This document shows, one piece after another, positions 45,069-52,826 of a stretch of 52,826 nt of DNA. Within the stretch, counting starts at the first letter, position 1. The number at the start of each line of letters is the position of its first letter. Below the pieces are notes generated by a model, which was given only the letters and a program-made list of their open reading frames with translations, had not been told where the DNA came from and made no database searches. Both the position numbers and the translations under genes were made by a program. This DNA is from a virus (Duplodnaviria; Caudoviricetes): positions 1 through 52,826 of IMG/VR virus record IMGVR_UViG_3300046323_000202, one strand, 5' to 3'.

Positions 45069-45444
45069 TATCATCTTCTCCAGCGGAAGGATGCACCACA
45101 ACTTCAGCCAACAGGAGTTTACCAGTAACTCCACAGAATGTTAACTTAAGGTTGTCCGTTGAAATGAATTTAGTACTGAAGTTACCTACTAGCTCGTTAG
45201 CTAATACAGCATAAGAAATGTCAGTACCTTTGTACATTTCAGCGTTAGCATAAAGCTCAATGTCCTTTGGTGGTTTTGGCTTAACCCTGTAATGATTATC
45301 TACAGAAAAACTAGGATTACCAGTACAATCCTCCCATTTAATACCATCGAAGCTGTGCTGAATTCGTGCGCCCATAGCCCAAGCTATAATTACTTCAGCA
45401 TGAACGTGAGGTTGAAGTTCAGTTTTTACTTTATCTTGACTCAT
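45058..45444 (-). CDS. Hypothetical protein
   Basis: PH.HAE.I.AWA.GA.IQ...W....P......YRVKP phage motif. Confidence 0.75.
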   Translation of the reverse strand: MSQDKVKTELQPHVHAEVIIAWAMGARIQHSFDGIKWEDCTGNPSFSVDNHYRVKPKPPKDIELYANAEMYKGTDISYAVLANELVGNFSTKFISTDNLKLTFCGVTGKLLLAEVVVHPSAGEDDNDF

Positions 45445-45456
45445 ATAATTCCTTTA

Positions 45457-46050
45457 CTAGTCTGTTGTTACGTAATTCTTATGGTGATCTACTACATTGA
45501 CTGCTCGTTCCTTCATGTAGTTCTCCACATCCATCAAAGAGAAGAACTTGTGTTCTTGGTACTGATTATATGCTGAATCCAGTCCAACATCCAAGGATTT
45601 TCCAATTGATTTATGATTTCCATGAGAATGTCCATAAAGATGCCAAGCTCCATATCCTTGTTTATGCCAAGATGAAATCGGAAAATGAAACAGATCAATA
45701 TGTTGGACTTCTCCAGTGGACAACGGGACTTTAATCTCCTTGTACATAAACCAGTTCTCAATGAGGTTGTCATCCTTGAGCTTCTTCAGGTTCACTTCAC
45801 GATCATGGTTACCTTTCAGCAAAACGATACGACCGTTTAGCCTAGATACAAAATCAGAAATTTCACTGTACTTTGTAGCGAAGGAGAGATCACCCAAGTG
45901 ATATACAAGGTCATTCTTTTGTACTGTCTTATTCCAAATGTCAATCAACCATTCATTATGCTGATCTTTAGAAGTAGCTTTGCCTCGTTCAGTGAACTCC
46001 ACGATATTCTTGTGAGAATGATGCAGATCGGATGTGAAATAAATTGTCAT
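45457..46050 (-). CDS. Calcineurin-like metallophosphoesterase
   Basis: SDLH, LGD, GNHD, H.P, GH.H. Confidence 0.9.
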   Translation of the reverse strand: MTIYFTSDLHHSHKNIVEFTERGKATSKDQHNEWLIDIWNKTVQKNDLVYHLGDLSFATKYSEISDFVSRLNGRIVLLKGNHDREVNLKKLKDDNLIENWFMYKEIKVPLSTGEVQHIDLFHFPISSWHKQGYGAWHLYGHSHGNHKSIGKSLDVGLDSAYNQYQEHKFFSLMDVENYMKERAVNVVDHHKNYVTTD

Positions 46051-46129
46051 AACTTTCCTTAATTAACTAAGATAACGAATGATACCACAGAAATTAAGAC
46101 CATCAGTGCATAGAACACGTATTCTTTAT

Positions 46130-46564
46130 TCAATTAGCCTCCATTTGTTCAACTTGAACATTAGCTTTTGATAACAGGAGTACACCAGTTGTATCTCTAT
46201 AGACTTCACTGTACACCAACCTCTTAATCCCAGCATTAATCAGCATAGCCGAGCAAGGAACACACGGTGAAAGTGTAGTATAGATTGTAGCGCCAAAGCA
46301 CGATACACCTTCCTTTGCAGCCTTGAGTACACAATTTAGTTCTGCGTGTATGGTTGAATCTTTAGTAACTAACTCACCATTAACTCCACCAATGTATTCG
46401 CACGCATTAGAACCACCTGTAGGTTGTCCGTTCACTCCTCCAAGTACTACCCCGTGCTCTGTGACTAAACACGCCCCTACTTGCTTACGTTCAGCCTTGG
46501 ATAACTTAGCGTACTGATATGCAATACCCATGTACAACCCATCTGTTTCTTGTTTAGTTGGCAT
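46130..46564 (-). CDS. dCMP deaminase
   Basis: S.A.R.QVGA, NG.P.G, HAE.N, SPCVPC, AGI..VY...Y. Confidence 0.9.
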   Translation of the reverse strand: MPTKQETDGLYMGIAYQYAKLSKAERKQVGACLVTEHGVVLGGVNGQPTGGSNACEYIGGVNGELVTKDSTIHAELNCVLKAAKEGVSCFGATIYTTLSPCVPCSAMLINAGIKRLVYSEVYRDTTGVLLLSKANVQVEQMEAN

Positions 46565-46943
46565 TGCACTTCACTTCACTAAAGCTGTACTCAACTTCAT
46601 CAACGTAGTAATAAGTCTTGGCGTGACGGTTGTACTCCACCTTGATTTTACCTTCATAAACTACATCTGAGTCAATCAACTGGTACTCTTGCGTGTACTC
46701 TGATTGTCCATAGCAGTAAGAACCTTCGCAATCATTAGATGCTTTATCTTCGAGTACACCTGCAATCAAATCCTGAGCTTCTTCATGAGTCTTGAACTGA
46801 AAGAAGCAAATGTTTGATTTTATACTCTCAAGATTGCACTGTACTTCCTCTAGTGCTGTAGTCAGATAATCTCTCTGTGCATTAAAGAATTTAATCTTGG
46901 TATTTAATAAATCACACTCTGTCTTTATTTGTTTTTTATTCAT
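46554..46943 (-). CDS. Hypothetical protein
   Basis: DCEGSYCYG...YNRH.K.YY; start after SD AAGGA. Confidence 0.7.
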   Translation of the reverse strand: MNKKQIKTECDLLNTKIKFFNAQRDYLTTALEEVQCNLESIKSNICFFQFKTHEEAQDLIAGVLEDKASNDCEGSYCYGQSEYTQEYQLIDSDVVYEGKIKVEYNRHAKTYYYVDEVEYSFSEVKCNAN

Positions 46944-46944
46944 G

Positions 46945-47148
46945 TTAATCCTTAAATACAATAAATACAGAAGTCTTCAGTACTTCCCCTGTAAAGAAGA
47001 TTTTACCTCCGTTGTAATCAAATCGAAGATTATTGAAATTCCCTCGGGTTGCTTTATCAACCCAATCAATTGCTTCAGGATAACTTACTGCTGTGAATTC
47101 GTCAGATAGAAATTCACCCTGATCTTTTGTTATTACCTTAATTCTCAT
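46945..47148 (-). CDS. Hypothetical protein
   Basis: SD AAGGAG. Confidence 0.6.
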   Translation of the reverse strand: MRIKVITKDQGEFLSDEFTAVSYPEAIDWVDKATRGNFNNLRFDYNGGKIFFTGEVLKTSVFIVFKD

Positions 47149-47157
47149 ACTAGCTCC

Positions 47158-47511
47158 TTAATTTGTGTTTAACCGTTTCTCTATCCATCCGTCATCAGTC
47201 GTGTATCTTACCACAGATACTCCCCACATTTTCATGGCCTCTTTGCACATAGCACAAGGTTCTGCTAGCTTAATCTCACCTTCACTATTATATCGCTCAA
47301 CAGTCAACATGTACGGTACTTTATCCTTGCATTTCAACAATGCAACGATCTCCGCATGAAGATAGATCATTTTATTGGGGTAGGGTGAATACTTGGATAA
47401 GTAAAGCATCAACGGATGCGTCTTAGAATAAGAATTAAAACCCATTGAAAGTTGCCTACCTTTCTTATCAAAGGTAGCAGCTTTAAGTAAGAACTTCTTA
47501 CGACTGCTCAT
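47158..47511 (-). CDS. Second, divergent Zn-dependent cytidine deaminase-fold protein
   Basis: G.N..KTHP, LHAE..A, PCAMC, V.YT. Confidence 0.75.
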   Translation of the reverse strand: MSSRKKFLLKAATFDKKGRQLSMGFNSYSKTHPLMLYLSKYSPYPNKMIYLHAEIVALLKCKDKVPYMLTVERYNSEGEIKLAEPCAMCKEAMKMWGVSVVRYTTDDGWIEKRLNTN

Positions 47512-47813
47512 TACCGCATCCGTTTAATCTTTCGTTGTAGTTCAGATAACTTAGTAATCTTGAGCTTAACCTTCTTGATATCACTGTAGCACATATCAGA
47601 ATACAAAGGGTTTACTTCCTTTAGTACTTTGGCTTCATCCTTGAGATGCTGTACTACTGTTTCAGTCTGAGTGAGAAACGCACTGAATACATCCTTCATA
47701 AAATCAATGTCACTCTTAGTCAAGTGGACTTTCTCGTATTTCTCGCACTCTTTAACTGAAGTGAACTCTGTGCCATCTTTGGCGAGGTAAAAACGGCGAA
47801 TTTGAACTTTCAT
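47511..47813 (-). CDS. Hypothetical protein
   Basis: Y.A.DGTEF....EC..YE motif. Confidence 0.7.
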   Translation of the reverse strand: MKVQIRRFYLAKDGTEFTSVKECEKYEKVHLTKSDIDFMKDVFSAFLTQTETVVQHLKDEAKVLKEVNPLYSDMCYSDIKKVKLKITKLSELQRKIKRMR

Positions 47814-47826
47814 ATGATCTCCTTGA

Positions 47827-48234
47827 TTAATTACTGTTGCTACGGAAGGTGTCAGGGCAGTGTAACATCAAAAGAGACTTCAGGTTCTCTCCTTTGTAAA
47901 TATTACGTTTAGCCAATCCGAAGTAAAACAACTCTTCGACACTGGCTTTAAATGCAAAATCAGCTTCTGCTGCATTCATAACTGAATTATGCCTCGCTAC
48001 AGCTTGTGTTTTGTCTTTGATCTGAACCCATACGTAGATAAGTTCAGTTAATTCAAAGCACATCTTAGAATAGGACGAGTCCGGTAAGCGAGAAGATGCA
48101 TAGGACGCACTAGGAATGGCTACAGCGCACGATAGTACTGCCACTGATACCAGTGTAGCCATCTTGCGTTTAAATCCATTAGAGAACGAATTAATTGATT
48201 TCATGTTTATGTTGATCCTTTGTTTGTTTAACAT
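47827..48234 (-). CDS. Hypothetical exported/membrane-anchored protein (start uncertain)
   Basis: Signal-peptide-like KRKMATLVSVAVLSCAVAIPSASYA. Confidence 0.6.
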   Translation of the reverse strand: MLNKQRININMKSINSFSNGFKRKMATLVSVAVLSCAVAIPSASYASSRLPDSSYSKMCFELTELIYVWVQIKDKTQAVARHNSVMNAAEADFAFKASVEELFYFGLAKRNIYKGENLKSLLMLHCPDTFRSNSN

Positions 48235-48240
48235 GATTGA

Positions 48241-48269
48241 ATGTTAGCACGTTAATCCATCTTCTGCAA
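48241..48269 (-). promoter_or_regulatory. Sigma70-type promoter
   Basis: TTGCAG-17 bp-TAACAT with TGn extension. Confidence 0.55.
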
Positions 48270-48443
48270 AAGAACAGGAACTTTCTTCTCTTTATTGTTC
48301 TGGAACGATGCGCCTAGCTCAAACGCCAGATAAACATACTCAGCCAAAGAAGCATCCCCGAGAGACGAACGTAAGACCTGTTGTAGCTCTGTCTTGTGTT
48401 GTTCCGTCATACAATAGGATTTGTTGATACGTTGAATTTGCAT
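48252..48443 (-). CDS. Hypothetical protein
   Basis: SD AAGGA; first gene of the leftward unit. Confidence 0.6.
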   Translation of the reverse strand: MQIQRINKSYCMTEQHKTELQQVLRSSLGDASLAEYVYLAFELGASFQNNKEKKVPVLLQKMD

Positions 48444-48593
48444 TGGTTCCTTCGCTGTGGTTGGTGAGTAACGTACGTAGAACTTCAGCTATACGTATGT
48501 TGTAACTTGCATTGTAACTTACGTTATACTTTAGTTAAACAGTATTAAGTATTAATCTATAACTTACATAACTTCCGTATTCCGATAAATCGG

Positions 48594-48622
48594 ATTGTAG
48601 CACAGGAATGCTAGAATTTCAA
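48594..48622 (-). promoter_or_regulatory. Leftward sigma70-type promoter
   Basis: TTGAAA-17 bp-TACAAT with TGn extension. Confidence 0.7.
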
Positions 48623-48699
48623 CATTTACGTAAATAGTCCAGTAGGAATGAATTCGTTGTGCAGAAACAACAGTTAGCTACGATTTAATTTACGTAGTA

Positions 48700-48727
48700 C
48701 TGAAGTTAAATGATTTTGTGCTAGACT
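48700..48727 (+). promoter_or_regulatory. Rightward extended -10 promoter candidate
   Basis: TGTGcTAGACT upstream of the RNA ligase; weak -35. Confidence 0.4.
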
Positions 48728-48757
48728 TCATCCATCTTAAACAAACAAGGAAATTAA

Positions 48758-49849
48758 ATGCAACAACCAATGCACGTTCAAACTTACCTTCGTACTTTCG
48801 GTCTTGAAAAGATTCAGTCTGAACTAGGAATCAAAGTAAAAGTCTACGAAGACGAAGGATTAATGGTGTTGAACTACTCTCAGATTGACTCTCCAAAATC
48901 TCACCCTGTTGTTGTGGAGTGCCGTGGATTGATTTTGGATTTGGACTTCAACGTAGTCAGTCGCTCAATGGATCGGTTCTTTAACCTAGGAGAAGTGCCA
49001 GAGTCTCAGGCTTGTATTGATATGCAAAAAGCTGTGTGTTTCCAGAAGGTAGATGGGAGTCTAATCCGCATCTATAATCATAAAGGAACTTGGTACATTG
49101 CTACTCGTGGTATGGCGTGCGCTGAAGCTACAGTTAACGGCTTCAATGTTACATTCAAAGAGCTTGTACTAAAAGCCCTTGGTTTAAATGAACAGGAATT
49201 CCAAGATAAGTGCAATGTGTTCCTTCTTCCTGATGTTACATATATTTGTGAGATTACATCAACTGAGAATAGGTGCGTGAAGTCCTATAGTGGTTATACC
49301 TTGTGGTACTTGACTGCACGTTCTAACGTAACATTTGAGTACCTTGACCAGTCATCTAATGCTAAAGTGATGAATATGTCATTTCCTCGTGCTTATTCTT
49401 TTGACTCAATGGAAGACATCAATGAAGACGTTCGTAATCTCAAGAACCTTGACGAAGGTTATGTGATGTACCAAGATGGTGTGCCCATCTGCAAGATCAA
49501 ATCTCCTGCTTACTGTGCAGTTCATCTGCTGAGAGGCGAAGGATTGAACCCAAAGCGAGTATGTGAGCTTGTATTGACTGGTGAACAAGAAGAGTACTTA
49601 ACGTACTTTCCAGAAGATCGTGCATTCATTCAAGAGTACGTAGATAAGTTCAATGAAATCCTACAAGGGTTGGAGTTGGCTTATTTCTCCACTAAATCCA
49701 TTCAAGATCAGAAGGAGTTTGCTTTGGCTATTCGTTCAGTACAGGGTAATAGTGTCTTGTTCACAGCACGTAAGATGAGCATCAGCCCGAAGGAAGCGTT
49801 CAAACTAATGCCAGACAGTGCTAAACTCAAGATGTTACTAGGAGCTTAA
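48758..49849 (+). CDS. RNA ligase 1 (T4 Rnl1-like)
   Basis: LNY.QI, ECRGLI, FFNLGE, KVDGSL, ATRG, EG.V, KIKSP.Y. Confidence 0.88.
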   Translation: MQQPMHVQTYLRTFGLEKIQSELGIKVKVYEDEGLMVLNYSQIDSPKSHPVVVECRGLILDLDFNVVSRSMDRFFNLGEVPESQACIDMQKAVCFQKVDGSLIRIYNHKGTWYIATRGMACAEATVNGFNVTFKELVLKALGLNEQEFQDKCNVFLLPDVTYICEITSTENRCVKSYSGYTLWYLTARSNVTFEYLDQSSNAKVMNMSFPRAYSFDSMEDINEDVRNLKNLDEGYVMYQDGVPICKIKSPAYCAVHLLRGEGLNPKRVCELVLTGEQEEYLTYFPEDRAFIQEYVDKFNEILQGLELAYFSTKSIQDQKEFALAIRSVQGNSVLFTARKMSISPKEAFKLMPDSAKLKMLLGA

Positions 49850-50410
49850 TTGAAATCAAACATCCCTTATAAATTCCTCATTGGAGCGTCAGTTGTACTC
49901 TCCTTGACCTTTTGTTCTTTGCAGAGTAAGCACGAAAGTGTTCCTGTGATTACACCAAAGCAACAGCAGCATATCATCAATGAAGATGCGTGTATTCGTG
50001 AATCCCTTTTTCATGAAACAAGGGGTGAACCCTTGGAAGGTCAACTGGCAGTTCTCTCCGTAATTCAGAACAGGAAGAACTCAGGGTTGTACCCAGATAC
50101 ATTCTGTGGAGTCATTAAGCAAAAGAATCAGTTCTCTTATCGTAATGGGAAAGGGCAAGGACTGATTAAAACGCTCTACAATCCCACGGAAGAGCAAATC
50201 AAGGCAACCATAGCCCAATGGTCGTTTCAGGCTGCTGTAGGCCGTTTTAAGGGTACTGTGGAGGATTCTGTAATGTTCTATCATGCTGCCTCAATGAGGG
50301 TGCAACCAAAGTGGGCTACTGAAAATAAATTCTGTGCTAAATGCAAATTGAAATCAAAAAACCCAAGGTTCTATTGTACAATCGGTCAACATCACTTTTA
50401 CAGGAGTTAA
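49850..50410 (+). CDS. Cell wall hydrolase (SleB/Hydrolase_2)
   Basis: N-terminal TM, ETRGE...GQ.AV..VI.NR, QFS, FYH, IG.H.FY. Confidence 0.88.
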   Translation: MKSNIPYKFLIGASVVLSLTFCSLQSKHESVPVITPKQQQHIINEDACIRESLFHETRGEPLEGQLAVLSVIQNRKNSGLYPDTFCGVIKQKNQFSYRNGKGQGLIKTLYNPTEEQIKATIAQWSFQAAVGRFKGTVEDSVMFYHAASMRVQPKWATENKFCAKCKLKSKNPRFYCTIGQHHFYRS

Positions 50411-50411
50411 T

Positions 50412-50549
50412 ATGACTGATCCTCACTGGCCATTTCCGAGCTTGAAATACCCGTTAACACCTCCTAAACCTATTGAGTACGCGGACTATGCACTCTTGGT
50501 TAGTGCAGAAATAAAAACTCAAGCCACAACGCAGGATGCACTTTTATAG
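50412..50549 (+). CDS. Small hypothetical protein (45 aa, WPFP motif), not in the ORF track
   Basis: SD AGGAG; MTDPHWPFP...QDALL*. Confidence 0.6.
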   Translation: MTDPHWPFPSLKYPLTPPKPIEYADYALLVSAEIKTQATTQDALL

Positions 50550-50590
50550 TACACTTAAGTACATTAATGTTTAACTAACGGAATAAAGCA

Positions 50591-50914
50591 ATGAAAATAT
50601 ACAAAACGATCTGTCCAGAGACAGCAGAGAATGAATACAGGATTGAACTAGATATTGACGTTTCAGTCACTCTCCCGGACTACTCCAATGATGCTTCTGA
50701 CATTGATTACTATGGTTGCGTGGAGCTAAGGGATTTTGAAATAATTTCTGTACAAAAACGAAAAGGAATTGAAAATTCTAATGCACCAAGGCAAAGAAAG
50801 GATGTTCTGGGCTATACTTACGATGACGTTCTGATTGAGGATATTCCACTTGAAGAACGCGAAGAACTAATGCAAGAAATTAACAAAGAGGTAATGAAGT
50901 ATGTCAATTGCTAA
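50591..50914 (+). CDS. Hypothetical acidic protein
   Basis: SD.DYYG motif. Confidence 0.7.
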   Translation: MKIYKTICPETAENEYRIELDIDVSVTLPDYSNDASDIDYYGCVELRDFEIISVQKRKGIENSNAPRQRKDVLGYTYDDVLIEDIPLEEREELMQEINKEVMKYVNC

Positions 50915-51158
50915 AGAAAACAGTAAAGTAACACTAAGACAAGCAGCGCACAAGGTTGAGCGTGATTTCTTGACTATGGCAAACAAGGACTTGTCAGAAG
51001 CTATGAATCGGTATCAACAGTTGCAACAGGCTGCAAAGCTGGCATTGGATGCGCTGTACACGGCTAAGTGTTACACATCTGCGCTACCCGAATACCACCT
51101 TAGTGATTTAGAGGTTTCAGAAGCTATTGAAACACTCAAGAAAGCGGGGGTTAAATGA
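50901..51158 (+). CDS. Hypothetical protein
   Basis: SD GAGG; overlaps neighbours. Confidence 0.65.
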   Translation: MSIAKENSKVTLRQAAHKVERDFLTMANKDLSEAMNRYQQLQQAAKLALDALYTAKCYTSALPEYHLSDLEVSEAIETLKKAGVK

Positions 51159-51352
51159 GGTTCCCAGTAGTAACCACTATCAATTCTGATAGCGGCTATA
51201 CAAAAGCTCAGATTCAAGCCTACGGCCAGCAATGCCGAGCCGAGGCACTGGAGGAAGCTGCACAAGTTTGTGAATCTTTGGCTTGCACAGATGACCATGC
51301 CGCAACAGTCACTCGGCTTGAATGCGCAGAAAAAATCAGGAGCATGAAATGA
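51155..51352 (+). CDS. Hypothetical protein
   Basis: ALEEAA..C...CA..IR.MK phage motif; ATGA overlaps. Confidence 0.65.
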   Translation: MRFPVVTTINSDSGYTKAQIQAYGQQCRAEALEEAAQVCESLACTDDHAATVTRLECAEKIRSMK

Positions 51353-51600
51353 TCAACATACAGGATAAAGTACATGTCAGGCTAACGTCCACAGGCGCTA
51401 CTACTCTGAACGATCTCAATCGCCGAGCTAACACAGGATTCCTCCTTAGGTCATCTGTGCGTTTCAGGATTGATTACAAAGAAGGTGAAATCTACAGTGA
51501 TCAGCTATGGCATTTGATGAAGGTCTTTGGTGATAAGTGCGACCTTGGATTGGAAGCACCGTTCGCTGATTTGTGGGTAAAGGATGAGGAATTGAAATAA
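51349..51600 (+). CDS. Hypothetical protein
   Basis: V.V.LT..G...QLW.LM..FG motif; ATGA-coupled start. Confidence 0.7.
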   Translation: MINIQDKVHVRLTSTGATTLNDLNRRANTGFLLRSSVRFRIDYKEGEIYSDQLWHLMKVFGDKCDLGLEAPFADLWVKDEELK

Positions 51601-51670
51601 TTCTACAGGGATTTCATTCTGGATTCAAAAATCCGTTACACTACGACCTTACCACTAAGAAATAAAGATC

Positions 51671-51871
51671 ATGAAACTCAAGCTAAAACCGCAGTCAGTA
51701 ATCGAAATGGAAATCCATTCTTCGCAGGATGAACTCAGGTTGCTCCGTAAAGCAATAGGACGATTCTGCCTACGGGATTTTGTTCGTGTAGGTATGACAG
51801 AAAAAGAGCAAGAAGTGTTTAGGCAGTTTCATCAGGATTTATCAGAGATTGATACTGTCGTTGGGAAATAA
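51671..51871 (+). CDS. Hypothetical protein
   Basis: ORF in + strand early region. Confidence 0.55.
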   Translation: MKLKLKPQSVIEMEIHSSQDELRLLRKAIGRFCLRDFVRVGMTEKEQEVFRQFHQDLSEIDTVVGK

Positions 51872-51930
51872 AATGGAATAATCCTGTTAGAATCTAGTCT
51901 CACTTCAACGTTAACAACACAAGGGTTTAT

Positions 51931-52185
51931 ATGTACAGGCAGAACCAAGATAACATCGGCAGCTTCATTGAGAAGGAATTCAAGAATGAGTTCACTTATC
52001 GTTTGACTAAGGATGAATGGGCGATTTCTCAGGGTTATGAACACGAGATAGACGTGGGTTTCTTTGGGGAGATTCGCTTTGGTACAGTGAAGAAAACTGT
52101 TGCGTATGTACTGTGTGAAGACCAAGATGGTAATGTAGTAGAACAGAAGTGGCTTCTGGCTCGGAATACAGTGTTTAACAAGTAA
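51931..52185 (+). CDS. Hypothetical protein
   Basis: R...VKKTVAYV...D..G..V..KW motif. Confidence 0.7.
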   Translation: MYRQNQDNIGSFIEKEFKNEFTYRLTKDEWAISQGYEHEIDVGFFGEIRFGTVKKTVAYVLCEDQDGNVVEQKWLLARNTVFNK

Positions 52186-52193
52186 GGAAATAT

Positions 52194-52508
52194 ATGAATA
52201 AGCTAAGTGACTTCTTGATTGGTACACGAGTCATCTACACGTACAACGACGGTAGAATTGATCTAGGTACAGTTGTGGGACAATATGCAGAGAACATCCG
52301 TGTTCAATGGGACGACGAAGACGAGTGCGAAATAATGGATTATCACTACAATAACACCCACATTACATTGGCTAATTCAGCATCAGTTACTAAAGATAGT
52401 GAATCAACAGAAGAAAAGATCAAAAGTCTAATCGTGCATCTTGTTGCTGTTAATGAAACTGATCGTGCATGTGAAGTTATAGAGGTACTGAAGAGGTACT
52501 TAAAATAA
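52194..52508 (+). CDS. Hypothetical protein
   Basis: SD AAGGA; G.RV...GTVV....V.WD SH3-like pattern. Confidence 0.65.
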   Translation: MNKLSDFLIGTRVIYTYNDGRIDLGTVVGQYAENIRVQWDDEDECEIMDYHYNNTHITLANSASVTKDSESTEEKIKSLIVHLVAVNETDRACEVIEVLKRYLK

Positions 52509-52615
52509 AAATCCCATTCGGTATTTGAAATAAAAATCCCACTTGATTACTGTAGGAATAATGACAGTATCTTCTTGAATAAAAATCCGACTCCGTAAAG
52601 ATAATCAAAAATCCA
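52504..52615 (+). repeat. Four phased copies of AAT[A/C]AAAAATCC
   Basis: Copies at 52504, 52529, 52578, 52603. Confidence 0.75.
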
Positions 52616-52749
52616 TTCTTACATTTACGTATTAAAATGCACTTTAGATGCAGGAATCGGAAACACAAATAAGCAATTGCTTATATAATGATATTCGAAA
52701 TTAATTATGTCCGAATATAAGCAAGAAGCAATGCACTGATATGGTGCAG

Positions 52750-52826
52750 AGTGAAGGAAGCGATAGCGACCCAGTGAAGGAAGCGATAGCGACCCAGTGA
52801 AGGAAGCGATAGCGACCCAGTGAAGG
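52750..52826 (+). repeat. Perfect 23-bp tandem repeat, at least 3.3 copies, truncated by the window end
   Basis: AGTGAAGGAAGCGATAGCGACCC at 52750, 52773, 52796, partial at 52819. Confidence 0.95.

Noticed and set aside
52750-52826. CRISPR array
   Set aside because: Units are head-to-tail with no unique spacers, and no cas genes are in the window

Overview
This window is part of a lytic tailed dsDNA phage genome (siphovirus-type), read with the standard genetic code. On the + strand, 1-18.0 kb is the late module: head-tail joining genes, major tail protein, tail assembly chaperone with an apparent +1 frameshift, a 2893-aa repeat-expanded tape measure protein, a minimal tail tip, a Gly-rich tail fibre, and a lysis cassette (SAR endolysin, embedded Rz/Rz1 spanins, implying a Gram-negative host). 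On the - strand, 18.1-48.4 kb holds nucleotide metabolism and replication genes: thioredoxin, NrdA with a Gln-terminated LAGLIDADG intein, NrdB, ThyX, two nucleotide pyrophosphohydrolase-like genes, exonucleases, endonuclease VII (apparent ATT start), SSB, tRNA-Arg(UCU), rIIA/rIIB, a family A DNA polymerase split by an ORF-less group I intron with a free-standing HNH next to it, T7-like primase-helicase, RNA ligase, DenV, DNA ligase, HU-like protein, phosphoesterase and two deaminases. A divergent, repeat-rich control region lies at about 48.5 kb. The + strand from 48.8 kb carries RNA ligase 1, a SleB-like hydrolase and small genes, and ends in phased motifs and a 23-bp tandem repeat cut by the window edge. 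No integrase, capsid or terminase is visible. Product calls come from motif recognition by eye, not from database searches.
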